DNA from: an uncultured Gammaproteobacteria bacterium | GTDB taxonomy: Bacteria > Patescibacteriota > Patescibacteriia > UBA9934 | Reading direction: 5' to 3' | Assembly: GCA_964401485.1 (NCBI GenBank) | Contig: CAYNYL010000001.1 | Coordinates: 2,103-63,017 of the forward strand | DNA length: 60,915 nucleotides | In this document: positions 18,031-27,100 of the stretch, one piece after another | Position numbering within the stretch: the first letter of the stretch is position 1 | Layout: every line of letters starts with the position of its first letter | Notes under the pieces: model-generated | The model's input: the letters and a program-made list of their open reading frames with translations, nothing else | The model's database searches: none | Told to the model about the DNA's origin: nothing | Position numbers and translations under genes: made by a program

Positions 18031-18393
18031 CTAAAACCCGAGCCAATCGAGGAGATACCCCTGTAAAATAAGGACTCCAACCACTACCGCCGTGAGGGCT
18101 GTTAATAACACCGCTCCCGCCATAAGATCCTTAACCTCTTTAACCATCGGATGGAGGCGCGGCTTTAGCGCGTCCGAGATCCGTTCAAAGGCGGTGTTCA
18201 AGACCTCAAGAACAAGGACTGATGAGGTCATGACAAGAAGAAGTACGCTCTCCCAGGTCGCCAAGGGGAAGTAAACGATAAGCGCGATAACGACCACGGC
18301 TGCAAAAAGTTCGAGTCGGAAATTGCCCTCGGACTTTGCGATTCCGTAAAGCCCCCGAAGGGCATGACGAATGCTTTTTAGGACACGGATCAT
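18031..18393 (-). CDS. dgkA: Diacylglycerol/undecaprenol kinase
   Basis: EGNFRLE, EVLNTAFE, VKDLMAGAVL. Confidence 0.9.
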   Translation of the reverse strand: MIRVLKSIRHALRGLYGIAKSEGNFRLELFAAVVVIALIVYFPLATWESVLLLVMTSSVLVLEVLNTAFERISDALKPRLHPMVKEVKDLMAGAVLLTALTAVVVGVLILQGYLLDWLGF

Positions 18394-18818
18394 AGAACTG
18401 CTTTTACAACCGCATCTTGTATCGGAAACATTCGCTTCGCATCTTCTGGTTTCTCGTGATCATAGTCAAAGATATGAAGGACCCCGTGAACGACCAGGTC
18501 CACCACCTCAAGCTCAAGATCATTGTCTGTTGCCTGGCGTACAAGTTGCGGATAGGAAATAACGATATCGCCGAGCGACTCGTTTTCTTCACGAGCTTCC
18601 CGGTAGGAAAATGAAAGAACGTCGGTTACCGAATCTTTTCCTCGATGAAGTCGATTTAACCGCTGAATCTCTGCGTCCCCAACAAACAACACAGCAATTT
18701 CGCCGTCACTCTTCGCGCCGAGCGTCCTTGATAGTTCACTCGCGATACGCTCAAAAAGCGCCTGAGAAAAGCGCTCTTGTTCCGGAATTTCCGTTTGATC
18801 AACATCAAGCTTCAACAT
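18390..18818 (-). CDS. ybeY: rRNA maturation RNase YbeY
   Basis: LN..HRGKD.VTDVLSF, LGDIVIS, HGVLHIFDYDH. Confidence 0.95.
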   Translation of the reverse strand: MLKLDVDQTEIPEQERFSQALFERIASELSRTLGAKSDGEIAVLFVGDAEIQRLNRLHRGKDSVTDVLSFSYREAREENESLGDIVISYPQLVRQATDNDLELEVVDLVVHGVLHIFDYDHEKPEDAKRMFPIQDAVVKAVL

Positions 18819-19719
18819 GCTGGTAACTATTTACCATCATTTGGAACGTCTGCAAATACTCGATCGTCATCGCGTCATTCAATTCGTAGCGGAAGACGGC
18901 AAATGCCCCGTTTTCGAGCTCAATCATCACGGTACGCTTATCTTTACTCGTGTAGGCAACAAAGCCGTTTTTTGTCGTCGATTTCGTTGCGCCGGAAGGA
19001 ACGGTACCGGTTGCTTCATAGGCGAGGGAAATCGACTCTGTTCGTGGAAGAGCGATCGTAAATCCGGCGAGGCCCTCGGTTACGGCCCAAGCCTTCGGAT
19101 AATAAATTTCATAGCCCAAGGAATCCGGACGAGCGCCCTTGTACACAAGAACGGAGCCCGTATCAAACAAGGTCGACGGCGAAAGGCCGAGCGGGTCATA
19201 ACGGTGGAAGACCTCGTTCCCATCAAGGAACGAATCCGCATCCGAATCAGCGTTGCGGAAATCGGTTCCGTAAAGCGCCTCTTCTCGATCCGTAAGTCCA
19301 TCGCTATCCGTATCAACGCCAGGTGTTGGTTCAAGGACGGGCTCTGGAACAACCGGGGTTGCAATCGGTTGACGTGGAGCATCCGGAACAACGACCTCTT
19401 CTCCGGGAAGAACAACGAAGTAGTAATACGCGCCAGCGCTAAGAAGGGCAACGAATAGAAGGAAAATGACACTGAAAATAGCGACGTTGCGAACGAGGTG
19501 CGAACGACGTTTTACAACAAGCGGAGCCTGCGCGACCGGCCGCTCAGCGACCGGCTTTGGTGGCTCGGGGGCGACGATAGGAGCAGGAACACTATTTTGG
19601 TTCAGGGGTCGTTCGGCTTGAACACCTAAAAATTCCTTCGGCATGACACGAATTTCGAGCCCTGCTGGCAGAACGGCAGAAGGCATTGTAGATTGTTCTT
19701 TTTTCCCCCTTTGAAACAT
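18805..19719 (-). CDS. Single-pass membrane protein with TSP3-like Ca-binding motifs
   Basis: Pro-rich cytoplasmic N-terminus, TM helix, DTDSDGLTDREE, DSDADSFLDGNEV...YDP. Confidence 0.8.
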   Translation of the reverse strand: MFQRGKKEQSTMPSAVLPAGLEIRVMPKEFLGVQAERPLNQNSVPAPIVAPEPPKPVAERPVAQAPLVVKRRSHLVRNVAIFSVIFLLFVALLSAGAYYYFVVLPGEEVVVPDAPRQPIATPVVPEPVLEPTPGVDTDSDGLTDREEALYGTDFRNADSDADSFLDGNEVFHRYDPLGLSPSTLFDTGSVLVYKGARPDSLGYEIYYPKAWAVTEGLAGFTIALPRTESISLAYEATGTVPSGATKSTTKNGFVAYTSKDKRTVMIELENGAFAVFRYELNDAMTIEYLQTFQMMVNSYQHVEA

Positions 19720-19720
19720 A

Positions 19721-20389
19721 TTACTTCGGCAAGTCGACGAGCTTTCCAGGACCCTTTGGATCGTAACCAGAAATAACCTCTACTCCATCGAGGAACGTAT
19801 CTCCATCCGTATCGGGATCAAGCGGGTCGGTATCGTACTTTTGAACCTCGTCTTTATCCGGAAGCCCATCATTATCCGTATCCGAACGATCGGCATCTGT
19901 TCCATATCTTGCCTCTTCGGCGTCCGTTAACCCATCATTATCCGTATCGACCGTCGAAGTAACGACTGGCTCTGGAGTCGTAGGCTCTTCAACCGGTGGC
20001 TCTAAATCTGGAATCGTAATCTCTGTTACGGGAGCCTGCTCAGCTGGAAGGCTAATGAGCTCGCGATACGCTAGGAAGGCAGCAACTCCAAGAACAATCA
20101 AGATCAAGGTCAGCATACCAAACACGAGAAGAAATACCCCCTTCCCCGAGGATGCTTCCGGAGCAACGGGTGCAAGCGGAGCACGCGCCGTGTCGGGTCG
20201 CGAAGACTCGGGAAGTGTTGGACTAGGAAGTGGCTCCGAAGGCGGAAGCGTAGACCGAGGCGCTTCAACGACCGGATCTGAATCCGCAAACGGATCAACC
20301 GCATCCGCTACCGGGATAACCGGCTCTTGAGGAGGAGTTGGCGGAACAGGAAGATTCGCGGGCGTTGAGTTGTTCTCATCGTCAAACAT
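19721..20389 (-). CDS. Single-pass membrane protein with three TSP3-like motifs
   Basis: DTDNDGLTDAEE, DTDNDGLPDKDE, DTDGDTFLDGVE...GYDP. Confidence 0.85.
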   Translation of the reverse strand: MFDDENNSTPANLPVPPTPPQEPVIPVADAVDPFADSDPVVEAPRSTLPPSEPLPSPTLPESSRPDTARAPLAPVAPEASSGKGVFLLVFGMLTLILIVLGVAAFLAYRELISLPAEQAPVTEITIPDLEPPVEEPTTPEPVVTSTVDTDNDGLTDAEEARYGTDADRSDTDNDGLPDKDEVQKYDTDPLDPDTDGDTFLDGVEVISGYDPKGPGKLVDLPK

Positions 20390-20408
20390 ATAGTTCTATT
20401 GTAACAAA

Positions 20409-21113
20409 TTATTCCGTTGGGCTAAAACCGTTTTGCACTTCTTCGTAATCCGAGTAGCCGTCTCCATCCGTGTCGATCGATGAATACTCGTCAATACAGG
20501 CGAGACGCTCGTCCTCGGTCGGAAGCGAAGGACAGATTCTTGGATCATTCGCCTCAATCGCTCGTGTCAATGCTTCGCTCACGATCCCGAAATCGGAACG
20601 ACAAATCGTTCTTCGCTCCTCATTTGCAATTTTTTCACAAAGACTCGGGTCATTCTCCTTTCGCGCAACGAGCGCGTAGAGAAGATCCTCGCACCCCTCT
20701 TTCTCGTCCCCCGAAAGCACGCCACATGCCTTTGCGTCGAGGAGCTCGACCGCGGTCACCGTCACACAATTCACACGCGCCTCGCCGGAAAGTTCCCGGC
20801 ACAGCTTCGGATCTAAAAATTCACTCGCAAGGTCTTTCCGAACCGTCGCCTCGCAATCGGCACCAACCGCACCCGACTCTACACACGTCGCGATCCCCTC
20901 CTCGTACCGCGTCTCAACAACCGAGCGCGTCTCGCTCGCCCCGCGAGCCGAACGAATCACATTCACTGCAAATACGAGCGACCCGATAAGAATCAAAACG
21001 ACGACCACGAGAAAAACCCAAGGAAGTACCGGCGCCCGATAAGGACGGGGAGCTTGCGCTTCTGGCGCAGGTCTCCCCTCCTCACTCAACTGATAGAATT
21101 GATAGTCCCCCAT
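20409..21113 (-). CDS. Single-pass Cys-rich helical-repeat protein with terminal TSP3-like motif
   Basis: Repeated LC..L....R..C units; DTDGDGYSDYEEV. Confidence 0.8.
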   Translation of the reverse strand: MGDYQFYQLSEEGRPAPEAQAPRPYRAPVLPWVFLVVVVLILIGSLVFAVNVIRSARGASETRSVVETRYEEGIATCVESGAVGADCEATVRKDLASEFLDPKLCRELSGEARVNCVTVTAVELLDAKACGVLSGDEKEGCEDLLYALVARKENDPSLCEKIANEERRTICRSDFGIVSEALTRAIEANDPRICPSLPTEDERLACIDEYSSIDTDGDGYSDYEEVQNGFSPTE

Positions 21114-21114
21114 A

Positions 21115-24100
21115 CTACGGTGTACAAATGTTGAATTTCACGTTCTGGATTCGAACCGTTCCAGGGTCCCCGGTTGCCGTTTCATCGTCAAAGTAGAAGC
21201 GGAACGGAACCGTTTGACTTCGATCTTCGTCACAGGTGAATCCTTCCGGCCATGGAAGCTCGACACTATTTCCTTCTCGAACGATACCATTCGTTTCAAC
21301 ACCATTGACGATGAATAAGAATCGGATCGACGCAAGAAGTCGGGTCACCATATCCTCGATTCCATCGGCGAGCGGAGGCGGGTTCGAGGTGTATTGAACT
21401 GTGTAAGCGTAGTCGATACCCGTATCTGGATCAATTCCCGTTCCTGGATTCATATAGCCACTCGACCAACGAACCATGTTCGCCTGCGGGGATGGTGTGC
21501 TGACAAAGAGATTTGGCTCAACAGACACCGTGAAGACCGACACGCCATCATTTCGGATCGACTCGATCAATGTTCCGTTTTGCGGAAGATTATACGAAGA
21601 CGAGAGCGCATCGTCGGGACCCTGTCCGGAGGCGTGCTGACCATAGCTCAAGAGAATAATCGCACGCTTTTCGCCGTTCCAGTTGGTGTTTAGCCCCCGC
21701 CAGGCACTAGAGAGTGCAGAGTTCATATCTCCCGCTCCGTAGGAGGAGCTAAGCGATGTGTATCCCTGAATCAGGTTAAGAAGCGCCGTTTGGCTCGACT
21801 CGCCACAGAATCCATCAGCAGAACACACCACACTATCCCTTGAAACACGTGCCGCGGGAGCCGTCGTCGGGTAACTGTAGAGCGCAACCTTTGCATCAAG
21901 ATCTTCATCCGCAAAGACCGTATTTACGATTCGTGTCGCAATGTCTTTCTCAACACTAAGCCGACTTGGCTGTCGTCGACCCGACTGGGAGGTGCGATCA
22001 ACAACGATCGCCACCTTAGCGTCTCCACCCTCAAACAAGAAGTCGATATCCGCCACCGGAGTCGTCGCGACGCGACAAGCCGGAACAACGAGTGAACCGA
22101 ATGTCGGAGTGAAGAGCGATGAACGGCCTTCGCTGAGCGTCGTATAACTGTTGAATTCTGCGCTCGTTTCGGTTCTCGATCCCGAAAGATTGGTTGAGAT
22201 TCGAAGAAGACTTGGTGAGGTTGAGGTAGGACACGCGAGCGAACAAGATGCGTCACAAGCGCCAAACTCACAGACTCCCCCACCGATCGCACAATTCGCA
22301 AATGATGTTCCCGATGTCGGCGAGCAGTATGATCCATTATTTGCCCCTCCATTACACATTCCTACACGTGCGCACACGTAATTCGTTCCTTGATCGATGA
22401 ACCCATCCCCAACTTGCGACGGCTCACAGGTCGAGAAAATATCTCCGCCCTCCGAGATGAAGACGTATGGAATATCGCTTTGATCGCAGTATTCGCCACC
22501 ATTTCGAATTCCGTCCCCACAATAGGCCCCACTCGTCGCGACGAACTGACACGAAGTTGAGCAGTAATTGCAGGTTGATCCGTAAGACGATCGGCACATT
22601 TCTCCGTTTTGATCTCCCGCGTCGCAGGCCTCAATTCCAGAGTGCACGTATCCGTCACCACAGACGTTCAATCGACACTCATTTGTACAGGCATCCGTAT
22701 TATTTCCATTTCCGTCATCGCACGCCTCGCCCGCATCGAGCGTTCCATTTCCGCAGGTAATCGGCCCCTTACACTCAATTCCGATATATCCACGATCCGT
22801 CGTCCAAGTACAAAGGTCACCAGCTGATCCATCATCATTACAGATTCGCGTTCGCGTTGTTTGTACTGGGTTTGCGGAACAATCACCGTCTTGTGCCCCA
22901 GCACTCGAGCAGTCCGCATCAACCGAACAAATCGAACCGCGCTTCGCCGGATCGCCCGAAACACAGACGGTCGAGACCGGACATTCATTACGAATCGCCG
23001 GACCTCCGCATGAGTTCCCATTACAATCATCACTCGACTGACATGGCATTCCAGCAAACACTCCCCGCACACAAAGCTTTCCGTCCCATGACTCTGTATT
23101 TCCATCACACTGCTCCCCAGGTTCAATTACCGCATTTCCGCAAAATGGCGCAGGTCCTGAACAATCCCAGGCGCAGGTACCCGCAGGGTTGCTCCCATAC
23201 TCACCATTCGCAACACCTCCGCAAAGTCCCCCACCAAAAGCGCGTCCGTTTGTTCCATCTCCACAATCACAGACTTCTCCAGCACCGACCGTTCCATCTC
23301 CACAATAAAGGGCCGTCGCGTAGGTGCAGCTCGCGCCACAGTATCCATATTCTCCGTTTTGCGCTCCGTCGTCACACTGCTCCCCAACTCCGTCAATAAC
23401 ACCGTTTCCACACGTTGCCGGAACACATGCCGCCGAGGTATTCGCAACGAAGGCCGAGCAGGTAGCGTTACAAATTTGCGCGCGAAGTCCGTCAAGCGTT
23501 CCGTCTCCATTTGTATCACATGGAACCGCGGAACCCTGTTGACCGATTTCGCAGTATTCCGCAGATCCAACAACACCGTCTCCACAAAGACTCGTCTCTC
23601 CGTAGACTGCCCCCTCACACATAACCGAGGTTCCGATAAATCCGTCTCCAATTGAGTTTGATCCCGCAACCGTAAGGCGATTCTTATTCCCTACATCAAT
23701 CGGATAAATCCACGTCGCCTCGTCATACTCAAGCTCCGCCGTCAATTCGTAATCGAACGGTCCTCGAGCTCGGTAGTGGTAGACGTATGAATCGTTTGGA
23801 CAGATGTAGTGTGATGTTCGCTCGTCAAAACAGGTAGAAGGATCTTGATTTGGATAGGCAGAGTTGCCACAGCTCGCATAGCTATTGAGCGGATCGACTG
23901 GAAGTGTTGTTCCAATTTCATTTCCAAGCGGAGTCGACCAAGTAGGCCAAGCGCTCGAGGCAAGTCCGCGAACAAATGATCCTGACGCAACCGTTGGAAC
24001 CGCACTTACGCACTGCTCGCCCTGCGGACATTCAAGAGAAGACGTGCAGGCGCGATCCGTCGTAACCGAGCAACGTCCGTTCTTTGTCGCATATGATTGG

Positions 24101-27100
24101 AGCGCGAGCTCAACCGAGCGCAAATCGGTAAGACGGCGCATATCTCGCGCAAGTCGAGCCTTTTCATCCGCACAGACTTCCCCAGCCGAAACATTACAGT
24201 CACGGTTTGACGAACAGGTCGTCGCTGTATATTCCCCATCATTGAAACAGAGTCCGGTTGATTCAAGATTCGTAACGAAGCGGAAATTTTCAAGGATTTG
24301 CTCGTGAATTGCGCGCGTCGCCTCGCTCGCCCCTTCGTTGTACGAGATAACATACATGTTTGGATAGGTTGCTCGACTCGCCGTGAAGTTTGGAGCGGCA
24401 ACATACACCGTTCGACCATCCTGTACCGCCTCAAATCCATCAAGTACACGCGAGGTTGGAGAGCCTGTAAATCCTTGCGCCTTGTACCACTCCATTGGCG
24501 AAAGATACGTCGGGTTCGCCGAAATACGAATTCCGATCGCATCGTTTGTTGCATCATCGTTTACACGAAGCAAGTACTCCTTAAGAACGGTTGGCGACTC
24601 TGTATCAGTTGGCGCGATAATCGAAAGCGATGGTAGATCATCGGTTATCACCGCTCGATCACCAGCGTCACGACAATAATGCATCGAAAAGTTCATCCAA
24701 CCTGCCCCTTCGTCAATCATTGCATTTTTTGAGGAACCATCGTCAATGAACGGGAACAAATCTCGACTTGGCCAAGGATTTGCACAAACAGAGGTCGTGA
24801 CCGTCCTCGTTCCAGCAACCGTGGTATTTAAATCAGATCCCGGCGAGGTTGTAATTTTTGCTTGCGCCACAACTTTTGCAGAACCGGAGGCATTACCGGC
24901 AACAATCTCCGCGCGCGGACCAGCCTCTTCATCAACAAGCACAATTTCACCACGAGAATCCTCTCGCCATTCTCCCCAAGTCCAATCGTACACATTTTCA
25001 ATCGGCTCGATCGGGATTCGGCGTCCACGTGAATATGAAACCGGGGTCGCTTTAAAGACATGGCGCTCACCCGTCGCCGTAAAGACGCCAGGGTTCGTTC
25101 GGGACGTGTCCGATACTTCAATTTGGTCAAGCGAACACACCTCGCTTCCCGTCTCAAAAATCGTTCCTGCGTCCGAGCGCATCGAAACACCAAGAGCGTT
25201 CTTTACTCCCGGAACAGTCACTTCCTCTCCTCGATCATTTGTCGTCGTTCGATCCGACAACACCTCAAGTCGGTACTGCGCATTCGGTTGCAATAGTGCG
25301 CGATAGTGGAAAGAAACATCCGTTGTCGTATCCTCATTCGCCTCTTGAGAGACCGATGAAATAGGAAGGACACATAGCCCCGCTTCGATTGCGCGGACAT
25401 TTTCTCCGCGAACAAGAAGCTTGAGTCCACGAATCGCACGACCAAAGATCGAACCACCACCTCGCACCAAATCTCCCTCAACGAGAATCGAGTGATCCGC
25501 CGGGCAGGTTTGATTTGTTACCTCATTCAAACTTAGGACAAGGAAAACGTTATTTTCAAATGAAGTCGTGCTCATTTCTTGCGTGAATGTACCGTAAAGC
25601 GACGCGTTGCGACAAACATCCTGACCATTTGGATAGAGTGTTACGGTTGGACGAAGCGAACAGCACGCATTTGCGCCAACCCCATGGGTCTGCGGGTCGG
25701 AGCAATCAAGATCAGACTGCGCCGAACAAGTAAGCGTAAGACTCGCTTCATCGGCAAGATTATACGCGCTCGCCGCAACGCGGACAGTGGCGGAGGCGCG
25801 ATTCGTTTCCTCACTTACACGCGCGGAGGCGCCGTCTGCGATTCGCGCAAGCTGAAGTGGATCTTCTCGTCCGTCACCCGCGAGGCCAACCTCGCATCCC
25901 GGATATTCAAAGACACTTTGCACACCGTCTCCGCAGATCGCTGGAACGGCGTAGCTAAGAGACGATCCTTCAAGGAGACAACTTGAGGAACACCCATCAC
26001 CGTTAATCTTATTTCCATCATCGCAATCCTCTCCCGCGCCGCTCGCCGTTCGATCAAGTTCATTATTTCCACAGAATCCGACAATGTTTCCCCCCTCGCG
26101 GACGCAAGAAGAAGAGCACCCATCTCCCGAAACAGCATTTCCATCGTCACAACTTTCGTATGGTGATTCGATTCGTCCATTCCCGCATACTGCGAACACA
26201 TCGAGCTGACTTGGTGAGCCCTCGTTCAAACAAATGGAGGAGCACCCATCGCCACTTCGTCGATTTCCATCATCGCAATCTTCACCTCCAAGCGTCGCAA
26301 GGTATCCAACGCTTCCGTTTCCACACGCGCTTCCAACCGATGACCTTGAACCCTCATTCAAACAAAGAGAGGAACATCCGTCGCCAGAAACCGTATTTCC
26401 ATCATCACAATCTTCCCCGGAACCATTTGCACCGCGATTAAGCGTTCCATCTCCGCAAATACCAATATGATCCGCTCCCTCCCGCAAACACATCGAGGAA
26501 CATCCGTCTCCACTCACGCCGTTTCCATCTTCGCACTCCTCACCTACCTCAATCGTTCCATTTCCGCAGATGGCCGAAAGCGCCGTACTTCCAAGCGGAA
26601 GACAGGAAGCTGAACATCCTGGGGCGATCGATCCCCGATCAGAATCGATAAGCGACGCCCCGGCTGGGGACACGAACTCCGCAACCCCTTCTTCGTCAAT
26701 AATCGGCTGTTCCCAACTCCATGTAACCGAATCCGCATTCAACCGCTGTCCGGCAACCGAACAACTATCTCCCGAACCGAACGCCTGCACCGCGTACTCT
26801 TGCGTTGCCCCTATCTCGGAAAGAACGCGAAGTTCCGGCTCGAGGCTTATTCGCGAAACGGCACATTCGATATTCGTCGCCTTGGTTTTGAAGACCCATG
26901 AATAATCGGTCGCGTAGTTCAAACGTGTAAGCGATACTCCGCTCTCGCTTTGCGCCTCTCCACTAATCACCGCGCGGTAATACTTATCCGCCGTAAGTGG
27001 GCCATCTAGAACGAATGCTATTTGCTTACATGGCTCCCCGCTCGCAGATGGGATACAACGTGCGCGGTCCGTCACCGTTCGAGTAAAGGAAAGACAGAGC

